Below are positions 19,056 through 27,105 of a DNA stretch of 34,789 nt, in pieces. The notes beneath the pieces were generated by a model. The model saw only the letters and a program-made list of their open reading frames with translations. It searched no databases and had not been told where the DNA came from. Numbering within the stretch: the stretch's first letter is position 1; the number at the start of each line of letters is the position of its first letter. The position numbers and the translations under genes are program-made. Source of the stretch: a virus. Taxonomy: Duplodnaviria; Caudoviricetes. The stretch is from positions 1 through 34,789 of IMG/VR virus record IMGVR_UViG_3300020045_008088. One strand, written 5' to 3'.

Positions 19056-20486
19056 ATGAAATCAACACTTATACAATCATATAAAGAAGAGAAAAGAGAA
19101 ATTTTCAATACTAGACTTGGTATTATTTTCAATGGAGAAGATAATTACAAGCCTTTAATAATTGAAAATATTATTGATTCTTCGCCTACTGCATTCCAAT
19201 GTGCTTGGTTGTATGAGTCATTTCTTGGTGGAGGTGGTTTTGAAGTAGATTTGTCACAAATTAATTTAAGTGAAGACCAGCATAAAAGAGTAAATCCAAA
19301 CGATTTACTCTTTGATACTGCTGAAGTAATATCAAGACACCAAGGTGTTTTTATACACGTAAATTATAACGCTAATTTCGAGAAAGACAATTTTGCTATT
19401 ATTCCTTATACTCTTTGTAGACTTGGAAAAAAAGATAGTGATAATCTTTCTGGTAAAATAGTTGTTTCACACTGTGGTTGGGGAAAATATTTGAAGAAAG
19501 AACAAATAGATGTTATTGACGTGTACAATCCGAAGCCTGAAGTTATTGCTGCTCAAGTTGAAGCTGCTGGTGGTTGGGAGAATTACAAAGGTCAAGTTCT
19601 TTATTTTAAACTTTCTAATAAATATACTTACTCTCGTTCACTTATTGAATCAGCTTATACTTTTGCAGATGTAGAAAATCAATTGGGTTTGTATTTCAAT
19701 GCAACAACAAAAAGAAGTTTTGAGAATGTTACTTACATACGCCATAGAGAATTTCCAAATAAAGCGGATGAAATAGATTTTTATAAAAATGTAGAAGACG
19801 TTTCTGGTTTTGAAAATTCTAGTTCTAAAATTATTGTAAAAGATAATTGGGATGATGAAGGTAAAAACATTGGAAATTTCAAGTTTGACACTATTAAGAA
19901 TGATGTTAAAGCTGAAAAGTATGCACACTTTCAAAGTACGTCAGCTAATTACATTAGAAAAGCTTTTAAGAATATACCATCTCAATTGGTTGATTATGTA
20001 GCTGGAAAACTAGGTAATACTTCAGGAGAAGATCTTATAAAAGCACAATCTATCTATAATTCTCTTATTTCAAAAGACCAGGAGAAAATAGAAATGCTTT
20101 TTAAAGAGCTTTTCAGTGGGTATAAATTTGACATTAATCCAACAAATGATTGGACTATTAAGCAATATAGTTTATTAGATGACGGAACTGTTAACTATAA
20201 CACTTTAGAGGTTACAAAACCAGCTGACATTGTAGTTAAATCACAAGAAGAATTAGATGTTGAAGCTATACGCGCAGCACAAGCTACTTTACGTGGTTCT
20301 GTAGGAGGTGTTACTTCTATTCTAGCTATTCAAGCATCAGTTTCAGCTAAAACAACGACACTTGATTCTGGAGTTGCGATGCTTATTAACATTTTTGGTT
20401 ATTCGGAAGATGTTGCAAGAAGAATTTTAGGAAATCCAGAACCTGTAAAACCAATAATACCTCCGACAAATGGCTCTATTAACTAA
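19056..20486 (+). CDS. portal protein
   Basis: 476 aa; NGEDNYKP..IIDSSPTA N-terminal pattern of Bacteroidota phage portals; no other portal candidate. Confidence 0.75.
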   Translation: MKSTLIQSYKEEKREIFNTRLGIIFNGEDNYKPLIIENIIDSSPTAFQCAWLYESFLGGGGFEVDLSQINLSEDQHKRVNPNDLLFDTAEVISRHQGVFIHVNYNANFEKDNFAIIPYTLCRLGKKDSDNLSGKIVVSHCGWGKYLKKEQIDVIDVYNPKPEVIAAQVEAAGGWENYKGQVLYFKLSNKYTYSRSLIESAYTFADVENQLGLYFNATTKRSFENVTYIRHREFPNKADEIDFYKNVEDVSGFENSSSKIIVKDNWDDEGKNIGNFKFDTIKNDVKAEKYAHFQSTSANYIRKAFKNIPSQLVDYVAGKLGNTSGEDLIKAQSIYNSLISKDQEKIEMLFKELFSGYKFDINPTNDWTIKQYSLLDDGTVNYNTLEVTKPADIVVKSQEELDVEAIRAAQATLRGSVGGVTSILAIQASVSAKTTTLDSGVAMLINIFGYSEDVARRILGNPEPVKPIIPPTNGSIN

Positions 20487-20988
20487 CAAAGCTGGCGTTG
20501 CCGCAACTTTACAAATAGCTATTGGTTACGATGCTAATGAATTCGACGCTTTTATTAGAGAAGCTCAGGATTTTGATCTTAAACAAGCATTACCTGAGAA
20601 GTTTTATTTTGACATGCTGAAAAATTCAACTGAAGCAAATTACGTAAAACTTTTAAATGGTGGAGAATATGAATTTGAAGATATAGATATGACATTTAGA
20701 GGTATTGTTAAAGCAATAGATTACTTCTCGTATGCAAGATTTGTTCTTAACTCTAGTTCAGTATCAACATCTCATGGTTTTGTTGTTAAAACAACTCCTA
20801 ATTCAACTCCACTTGCATTAGAGGAGCGTAAGAATATTTATTATAAGAAAATAACTGAAGGTAATATTATTTTACAAGAAGCTATTTTATTTGTAGAACG
20901 AACAATACAAGATTACCCAAACTTTCGTGACAATAGTTGTCATGCTAAAAACAATACTACTGGATTTTCAACCAGAGTAATTAAATAA
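20470..20988 (+). CDS. head-tail adaptor protein
   Basis: FIREAQDFDLK...YFSYARF helical pattern; follows portal. Confidence 0.6.
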   Translation: MALLTNKAGVAATLQIAIGYDANEFDAFIREAQDFDLKQALPEKFYFDMLKNSTEANYVKLLNGGEYEFEDIDMTFRGIVKAIDYFSYARFVLNSSSVSTSHGFVVKTTPNSTPLALEERKNIYYKKITEGNIILQEAILFVERTIQDYPNFRDNSCHAKNNTTGFSTRVIK

Positions 20989-21008
20989 CCAATTAAATAA
21001 ATTTAAAC

Positions 21009-22142
21009 ATGAAAAAGTTTCTTTTAATTTTCGCAATGCTTTTTAGCATTATGTCTTTCGGGCAAAACCAAACGTTAACTGGTGTCAAGACTTTTACTAG
21101 TCCGCCAAAATTTTTGAACTTAGCTTATAGCGGGACAAATACTAAGTTTTTAACGCTTAGTGCACAAAATCAATTGCAGTGGTCCTCTTTATTAGCTATT
21201 ACTCCAGCTACTCCTACATTTTCACAGGTACTAACAGCCGGAAATACGCATAATAATACTTCTGGAACTCCTCATTTTACATTAACTAGTACGAATAAGC
21301 TAGGATATTATGTAAGTGATGGTGTTGATTTACAAGATGCCTCAACAGGTAATAATGCTACTTATTTTAGTGCTGGTTATAATGCTAATAATAATGATGG
21401 TAGGTTAGCGGCGCTTGACATATTTAATGGCTTAAGACTTAAGACTGTTGCAGGAGGTGGAACGGTTACTTTAAAATCTACAAATATTACTGCAAATAGG
21501 GCTTTGGAATTTCCAAATGCCTCTGGTACACCTGCACTAATATCACAAACTATAACAAACGGAGCTACTATTACGTCACCTAGTGAAGATGCTGTATATG
21601 ATGCTTTGCAATTAAAGTTATCTGATGCTCCGATTGATGGAAATACCTATAATAGGAAAGATGGAGCTTGGGAATTAGCTTCTGGAGGTGGTACACCTAG
21701 CTTATTTGATGTGTTAGGAGTCGGAGGTTTTATAAATGACTTTAAAGAAATATCTTTTGGAGATGATACCACATTTGCCTCATCAATAGCGGGAGCCCGT
21801 ATAAATAGATTCGGTGTAAGTGCTCAAAATGGGGTTGATACTAATGATTTTGGAGAAATAAGTTTACGTTCTTCTCCTGGTTTAACTGAGCCTTATTTGA
21901 AGTATGTAGCAATTAATGGTGGAACAGCTAGTACAGTAAGAGTTTATGTACACAATGTTACTGCAGCTACTACAAATTTAGAATTAGTAGGAAAATCAGG
22001 TAGTATACCGTCTTTAAATACAACTGCCCCATCTTCAGCTACTGATACAGGTATAATTGGTGAAATTAGAGTTACATCGACTTTTGTTTATATGTGTATA
22101 GCAACAAATACTTGGGTTCGTGCAGCTATGACAACTTGGTAA
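21009..22142 (+). CDS. fibre-like protein with Sec signal peptide and foldon-like motif
   Basis: MKKFLLIFAMLFSIMSFG|Q; QTLTGVKTF; DAPIDGNTYNRKDGAW; T/G/S/N-rich; C-terminal GEIR..YMCIATNTWVR. Confidence 0.65.
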   Translation: MKKFLLIFAMLFSIMSFGQNQTLTGVKTFTSPPKFLNLAYSGTNTKFLTLSAQNQLQWSSLLAITPATPTFSQVLTAGNTHNNTSGTPHFTLTSTNKLGYYVSDGVDLQDASTGNNATYFSAGYNANNNDGRLAALDIFNGLRLKTVAGGGTVTLKSTNITANRALEFPNASGTPALISQTITNGATITSPSEDAVYDALQLKLSDAPIDGNTYNRKDGAWELASGGGTPSLFDVLGVGGFINDFKEISFGDDTTFASSIAGARINRFGVSAQNGVDTNDFGEISLRSSPGLTEPYLKYVAINGGTASTVRVYVHNVTAATTNLELVGKSGSIPSLNTTAPSSATDTGIIGEIRVTSTFVYMCIATNTWVRAAMTTW

Positions 22143-22163
22143 TTAATTTTTAAAATAATAAAC

Positions 22164-22514
22164 ATGACTACAATCAATCAAGTTATAGCTGAATTACTAG
22201 GAAGTTTTACAGCTGCATTTTATATCACATATTTTATTTTTGTTTTAGTTGGAGTGCTTATTAGTTTAAGACTACAAGCTTTTACAAGAGATAAAAGTTC
22301 TAAAAATACACCTTTTAAATTTAGTTTCACGTTCTTATTACAAGACAATTTACTACGCATAGTTAGTTCTATGGCAATTGTTTTTGTAGCAATACGTTTT
22401 GGATCTGAATTATTTCAAAAGGAACCAACATATTTAGGAGCGCTTTTAATGGGTATAAGTTTTGACCAAATATTAATTCAACTGCAAAAGTTAGAATTAA
22501 AGGCAAGAAAGTAA
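22164..22514 (+). CDS. putative holin (3 TM segments)
   Basis: three hydrophobic helices, basic C-terminus, upstream of endolysin. Confidence 0.6.
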   Translation: MTTINQVIAELLGSFTAAFYITYFIFVLVGVLISLRLQAFTRDKSSKNTPFKFSFTFLLQDNLLRIVSSMAIVFVAIRFGSELFQKEPTYLGALLMGISFDQILIQLQKLELKARK

Positions 22515-22543
22515 ATTATTAATTTATAATCTACAAACTTAAT

Positions 22544-22819
22544 ATGTCAGATATGAACCCAGAAGACCGTAAACGATTTGATGCTATGCAATCAGATATT
22601 AAGGAGATAAAAGATGCTCTTTTAGGCAATCACCTTGTAGGCGATAACGGCTTTAAAGGACAAATGGAATCTCTTAATGCTAGGCTAGAGCTTCAAGAAA
22701 AAGAAATAAAAATACTTCGTGAAGAGCGCGTTGAAAACAGAGTTTATATTGTTATAATAAAAGGTCTTTTCGCTTTATTAGCTGGTAGCATTATTACATT
22801 AATATTTAAAAAATTTTAA
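22544..22819 (+). CDS. lysis-associated membrane protein (coiled coil plus C-terminal TM)
   Basis: XhlA-like architecture in the lysis cluster. Confidence 0.55.
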   Translation: MSDMNPEDRKRFDAMQSDIKEIKDALLGNHLVGDNGFKGQMESLNARLELQEKEIKILREERVENRVYIVIIKGLFALLAGSIITLIFKKF

Positions 22820-22821
22820 TT

Positions 22822-23247
22822 ATGGAATTGAAACTAGTAAGAAAGATTTTTAATGAAAATTCAGTAGAAGGTAATCTTTATATTGATGGTAAATGGTTTT
22901 GTAATACTATTGAAGATAAAGTACGAGCAGAACCAGGTGAATGGAAAGCTTCTTGTAAAGTGCAAGATAAAACTGCAATTCCTTATGGAACATATCCAGT
23001 TTTAGTCACTTGGAGCAATCGCTTTAAACGCCAACTTACTGGAATATTCAATGTACCTGATTTTGAAGGTATACGTATTCACAATGGAACTTCTGAAAAA
23101 TCAAGCTCAGGTTGTGTTATTGTTAGTTATAAAGATGATGACAAAGCACATTTGTTAATCAATGATAAAACTGCAATGAATTATTTGTGTACATTGATCC
23201 AGAAAGCCCAGAAGAATCAAAAAGTATTTATAACTATAACTAAATAA
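22822..23247 (+). CDS. putative endolysin (DUF5675 family)
   Basis: LVR..G.LYIDG..CNTIED, TAIPYGTY, GIRIHNGT....SGC motifs. Confidence 0.8.
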   Translation: MELKLVRKIFNENSVEGNLYIDGKWFCNTIEDKVRAEPGEWKASCKVQDKTAIPYGTYPVLVTWSNRFKRQLTGIFNVPDFEGIRIHNGTSEKSSSGCVIVSYKDDDKAHLLINDKTAMNYLCTLIQKAQKNQKVFITITK

Positions 23248-23250
23248 GCT

Positions 23251-23421
23251 ATGAGCCAAATTATAAAGCAAGAAGTTCCAAAAGAAGTCAAAGACGCTTT
23301 TGATGAAGCTGCAAAAAAGTATTCGGAATCTGAAGCTAAAACTGATGCTGGTAGGATATTTAGATTTATTCTTAGATTTATTTCACCTTCTACAATTTAT
23401 AAAGCAGTATTACACAAATAA
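23251..23421 (+). CDS. small protein with C-terminal cationic amphipathic helix (56 aa)
   Basis: MSQIIKQEVP...AGRIFRFILRFISPSTIYKAVLHK; starts 3 nt after endolysin stop and ends just before the terminator. Confidence 0.7.
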   Translation: MSQIIKQEVPKEVKDAFDEAAKKYSESEAKTDAGRIFRFILRFISPSTIYKAVLHK

Positions 23422-23428
23422 CAAAAAC

Positions 23429-23458
23429 AAAACCTACATAGCAATATGTAGGTTTTTT
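23429..23458 (+). terminator. intrinsic terminator ending the late operon
   Basis: AAAACCTACATA-GCAA-TATGTAGGTTTT plus T-run. Confidence 0.9.
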
Positions 23459-23465
23459 ATTACAA

Positions 23466-23701
23466 ATAAACAATCCGTAAACAATAATAAACAATCATTG
23501 TTTACCTCTCTATAATAGCGGTAGCAACGCTTCAAGCCTAAATAAACAATGTAAACAATAAAAAGGATAAAACTTTATATTTATAATAATATAGTAAATT
23601 AATATATTTAGTTATAGAGTTTCAAACTCTTTGATTTTATTGTTTACATTGTTTACGTTTTCAAAAATCCCTTTGTTTATAATACTTCAGGAGTAAACAA
23701 T
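23466..23701. repeat. symmetric iteron-like element copy 2 (putative replication origin)
   Basis: (G/A)TAAACAAT at 23466, 23477, 23487, 23542, 23551, 23693; ATTGTTTAC at 23497, 23639, 23648; AT-rich core 23560-23638. Confidence 0.85.
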
Positions 23702-23780
23702 AAAAATAATTTGTAAATAATTGCAAAATAATTTTTTAGTTCTAAAAAACAGTTGTATATTTACCAAACAAAATAACATC
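23702..23780 (+). promoter_or_regulatory. repeated promoter cassette A
   Basis: phased AAAATAA tracts, TTTTTTAGTTCTAAAAAA, TATATTTACCAAACAAAATAAC. Confidence 0.7.
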
Positions 23781-23795
23781 AAAAATTAAATACAA

Positions 23796-23921
23796 ATGGA
23801 AAATTTTTCAAATACTTTACTTGACACATTAATGAATCTCTGTTTAATTGGTTCTATATTAGCTATAATTGCTTTAATCATACTACTAGGTAAACTTATA
23901 TACACTTTAATAAAATTATAA
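23796..23921 (+). CDS. small membrane protein (41 aa)
   Basis: MENFSNTLLDTLMNLCLIGSILAIIALIILLGKLIYTLIKL; first ORF after promoter A. Confidence 0.55.
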   Translation: MENFSNTLLDTLMNLCLIGSILAIIALIILLGKLIYTLIKL

Positions 23922-23925
23922 AAAA

Positions 23926-24219
23926 ATGAAAAAAACTATTACATTAATTACAGTTTTGACTTTATTGTCATGTAGTACAGAAAATGAATTGGAAACTACT
24001 AATTTAGTAAATGCTAAAGTAGAATCTTATATTTGGTCTAAGCAAGTAGATTTAAGTTATCAAGAACATGTTAGCCTACCCTTAGAACAGCCTGAATACG
24101 ATACGATAGTAGATCAAAGTCAAATAGGTATTTCTAAAGTAGACACTATTTATTCAAATCATGATGTGAATGGTATTAGCTATAGAGAAACCTACAAATC
24201 TATTTTCATAAAGCTTTAA
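23926..24219 (+). CDS. lipoprotein
   Basis: MKK, hydrophobic core and lipobox LLSC. Confidence 0.75.
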   Translation: MKKTITLITVLTLLSCSTENELETTNLVNAKVESYIWSKQVDLSYQEHVSLPLEQPEYDTIVDQSQIGISKVDTIYSNHDVNGISYRETYKSIFIKL

Positions 24220-24279
24220 AAATAATTTTAAAAAATAATCAAAAATATTTTTTAGATTAAAAAATAATAGCTACATTTG
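24220..24279 (+). promoter_or_regulatory. repeated promoter cassette B with perfect palindrome
   Basis: TATTTTTTA-GAT-TAAAAAATA (24246-24266) and TACATTTG (24272-24279). Confidence 0.7.
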
Positions 24280-24301
24280 AAAAATAAAATAATCAAACAA
24301 A

Positions 24302-24709
24302 ATGGTAACATTAGACCTTAAAAAAATAATTACTAAAAGCGAACTAGACTATAGAGTAGTAGCTGAAAATCTTTTTCCAAATAACAAGTTTGCAAAAGTA
24401 GCTTTAGATAGAGTCGTAGAAGGAAAAGCTTTTCTTGATACCAACCAATTGGTTAAATTAGCGATGTTAGTAGGAGCACCTACTGTTGACGACCTTTTTA
24501 AAAATAATGGTTGGAAAGTATCAGCTTCACCTAAAAAAATTATTTTTATACAAGATGATTACAGAGCGGAATTAGATACAGTAAATTGGACTGCTAGAAT
24601 TTTCAAAAAAGACAGCTTGTGCTACGAAGAAGAGATAATAGTAAAAAAGAGCTTAGTACTAAGCGAATACACAGAAGAACTAAATAAAATAATCCTTAAA
24701 ATTAAGTAA
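24302..24709 (+). CDS. putative XRE/Cro-like HTH regulator
   Basis: N-terminal LKKII....DYRVVAENLF...LDRVVEGK..LDTNQLVKLAMLVG...DDLF resembles the XRE five-helix pattern. Confidence 0.55.
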   Translation: MVTLDLKKIITKSELDYRVVAENLFPNNKFAKVALDRVVEGKAFLDTNQLVKLAMLVGAPTVDDLFKNNGWKVSASPKKIIFIQDDYRAELDTVNWTARIFKKDSLCYEEEIIVKKSLVLSEYTEELNKIILKIK

Positions 24710-24710
24710 A

Positions 24711-25124
24711 ATGAATCACGTAAAATTAGAAGTAAGTTTGGATCCTAGTAATTCAGAACACAGAGAAGCCTTAAATTTCTTTTTATCTGTAATAGGTAAC
24801 AAAGGCACAAGAGAAGTTTCAGTAACTAATATGAAAGTAGTAGACGCTGAAACTGTATCAACAAAAAAAGTTGAAAAGGTAGAAGCTAAAAAAATAGCTG
24901 AAGAGAATACTACTAAAGCAGTAGAAGAAGCTACAAAAGAAGAAGAAAAACTAGCTTCAAAATCTTCTGTAAAAATCGAAGACATTCGCAAAGTGATGTC
25001 AGAAAAAATTGAAGATAATCGCGATGCAATTAAAGCAAAACTTGTTGAGTTTAAAGCTAACAATGTTTCTTCTTTAAAAGAAGATCAATATAGTGACTTT
25101 TTAGAGTTTCTAAATTCACTGTAA
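24711..25124 (+). CDS. conserved protein of APSE-like replication modules
   Basis: K/E-rich linker plus C-terminal EDIRK...IKAKLVEFKANNVSSLKEDQY domain, typically found upstream of DUF2800. Confidence 0.7.
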   Translation: MNHVKLEVSLDPSNSEHREALNFFLSVIGNKGTREVSVTNMKVVDAETVSTKKVEKVEAKKIAEENTTKAVEEATKEEEKLASKSSVKIEDIRKVMSEKIEDNRDAIKAKLVEFKANNVSSLKEDQYSDFLEFLNSL

Positions 25125-26344
25125 TGACTGAACATAAAATTGTGGACCATGCAGAGCGTAAACATGCTTTACTCTCTGCTTCTGGAGCATCTCGATGGCT
25201 AAATTGTACGCCGAGTCCTAGATTAGAAGAACCTTTCCCTAGTTCAACCTCGTTTTATGCTGATGAAGGAACTTTAGCCCATGAATTCGCCGAGATTAAT
25301 CTTAAAGCTCAATTAGATTTGATGCCTGAAGATGAATATAGTATTCAATATAAAGAACTTACTGAAAATGTTTTGTATTCCGTAGTTATGGAAGACGAAG
25401 TGCAGAAGCATATCGACTATGTTATTCAACAGTTTAGAGAAGCTCAAAGAATAACTCCAGATGCAGTTCTTTTGATTGAAAACAAGATAGATTTGACTTA
25501 TTATATTGAAGATGGTTTTGGAACCAACGACGATGTAATCATAGCAGATGGAGTTCTTGAAGTTATTGATCTAAAATATGGTAAAGGGGTTCGCGTAAAA
25601 GCTGAAGAAAATTCTCAATTAAAGCTTTATGGTTTAGGAGCTCTTAGAGCGTACGAATTAATGTATGACATTCATACTATTAGATTAACTGTTACTCAAC
25701 CAAGATTGGATTCTATATCATCATGGGAAGTATCTGTTGAAGATCTTAAGAAATGGGGTGAAGAAATAGTAAAACCTAAAGCAATTGAAGCTTTTGCCGG
25801 TGATGGTGAACTAGCTCCAGGCGAGTGGTGTAGATTCTGTAAAGTAAAAGCAAAATGTAGAGCTTTAAAAGAAAGAAACATGGAAGTTATACGAGAAGAT
25901 TTTAAAGACGTTAAGCTATTAGATGATCCAGAAATTTTAAAAGTGTATAAAATGCACGATGAAATTGTAAACTGGTTAAATAGTGTTTCAGATTTTGTTG
26001 CAGTACAAGCTTTAGCAGGTAAAAAATGGGAAGGTCTTAAGTTAGTAGCCGGTAGAAGTAATAGAGCTTTTACAGATACTGAAAAGATTGAAGATGTTTT
26101 ACTAACTGAAGGTTATACAAAAGATCAATTTCTAACTAATCCGCAGCCTAAATTATTAGGTATTGGAGCAATTGAAAAATTAGTTGGTAAAAATAACATA
26201 GATGTTATACTAGGTGACTACATTCACAAACCAGAAGGAAAACCAACATTAGTAGATGAATCAGATAAACGACCAGAGTATTTTGTAGCTACTGCTGCAG
26301 ACGATTTTGGATCTGAAGATGATGACAATCTATTAGAAGGTTAA
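25124..26344 (+). CDS. Cas4-like PD-(D/E)xK exonuclease (DUF2800)
   Basis: HALLSASGASRWLNC, GTLAHE, IDLKYGKG, QLKLYGLGA, WCRFCKVKAKC. Confidence 0.9.
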   Translation: MTEHKIVDHAERKHALLSASGASRWLNCTPSPRLEEPFPSSTSFYADEGTLAHEFAEINLKAQLDLMPEDEYSIQYKELTENVLYSVVMEDEVQKHIDYVIQQFREAQRITPDAVLLIENKIDLTYYIEDGFGTNDDVIIADGVLEVIDLKYGKGVRVKAEENSQLKLYGLGALRAYELMYDIHTIRLTVTQPRLDSISSWEVSVEDLKKWGEEIVKPKAIEAFAGDGELAPGEWCRFCKVKAKCRALKERNMEVIREDFKDVKLLDDPEILKVYKMHDEIVNWLNSVSDFVAVQALAGKKWEGLKLVAGRSNRAFTDTEKIEDVLLTEGYTKDQFLTNPQPKLLGIGAIEKLVGKNNIDVILGDYIHKPEGKPTLVDESDKRPEYFVATAADDFGSEDDDNLLEG

Positions 26345-26404
26345 AATTATTTTTAAAATAAATTAAAATTAATTTTTTAGTTCCAAAACAATATTGTATA
26401 TTTA
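26343..26404 (+). promoter_or_regulatory. repeated promoter cassette C
   Basis: phased A/T tracts, TTTTTTAGTTCCAAAA, TATATTTA. Confidence 0.65.
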
Positions 26405-26438
26405 CATTCTTAATTAATAACAAATAAATCACGTTAAA

Positions 26439-26966
26439 ATGGCAAAAGTAATTACAGGAAAAGTTCGCTTTTCTTATGCTCATGTTTTTGAGCCAAGTTC
26501 AATAGTAGAAGGTGGAACTAAAAAGTACAGTGTTTCGCTTATTATCCCTAAAAGCGATACAAAAACCCTAGAAAAATTCGAAGCTGCGCAAAAAGAAGCT
26601 ATCGAAGAAGGAAAATCAAAATGGGGTGGAAAAATTCCTAAAAATCTGAAATTACCTCTACGAGATGGTGATGAAGAGCGCCCAGATGATGAAGCTTACA
26701 AAAATTCATGGTTCGTTAATGCTTCAAGTACTACAAAACCAGGTTTAGTTGATGCTGATGTAAATCCTATCTTAGATAGAGAAGATTTTTACTCAGGTTG
26801 TTTTGGTAAAGCATCAATTAATCTTTATGCTTTTAATGTTTCTGGAAATCAAGGAATAGCGGCAGGTCTAAACAACTTGCAAAAGACTCATGATGGAGAT
26901 AAACTAAGTGGAGGATCAACTGCATCTGAAGACTTTGGAAAAGACGTTGATGACATGATGGGTTAA
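26439..26966 (+). CDS. ssDNA-binding protein (DUF2815, T7 gp2.5-like)
   Basis: VRFSYAHVFEP, KYSVSLIIPK, PLRDGD, FYSGC, GLNNLQK, acidic tail. Confidence 0.92.
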   Translation: MAKVITGKVRFSYAHVFEPSSIVEGGTKKYSVSLIIPKSDTKTLEKFEAAQKEAIEEGKSKWGGKIPKNLKLPLRDGDEERPDDEAYKNSWFVNASSTTKPGLVDADVNPILDREDFYSGCFGKASINLYAFNVSGNQGIAAGLNNLQKTHDGDKLSGGSTASEDFGKDVDDMMG

Positions 26967-26975
26967 ACATTAAAT

Positions 26976-27006
26976 AAAAGACTCAGCATAAAATCTGAGT
27001 CTTTTT
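26976..27006 (+). terminator. intrinsic (potentially bidirectional) terminator
   Basis: AAAAGACTCAG / CTGAGTCTTTT stem. Confidence 0.85.
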
Positions 27007-27013
27007 AAACTAC

Positions 27014-27088
27014 GGGGAGGTGGTGGAATGGTAGACACTAAGGGTATGCCCCTGACGCGCATTGTAGGTTCGAATCCTACTCTTCCCA
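27014..27088 (+). tRNA. tRNA-like element (Leu-like D arm, aberrant anticodon arm; pseudo-tRNA or ncRNA)
   Basis: acceptor GGGGAGG/TCTTCCC plus A73; TGGTGGAATGGTAGACAC D arm; GTAGG-TTCGAAT-CCTAC T arm; AGGG-TATGC-CCCT central hairpin. Confidence 0.75.
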
Positions 27089-27105
27089 CTAAAACAAGCA
27101 AAAAT

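Noticed and set aside
23300-23515. 71-aa ORF from the track
   Set aside because: TTG start, crosses a terminator and the repeats; ORF 23251-23421 fits much better.
27028-27105. N-terminal extension of PolA in the ORF track
   Set aside because: It overlaps the tRNA-like element; ATG 27106 has an A-rich leader and directly precedes the Exo I motif.
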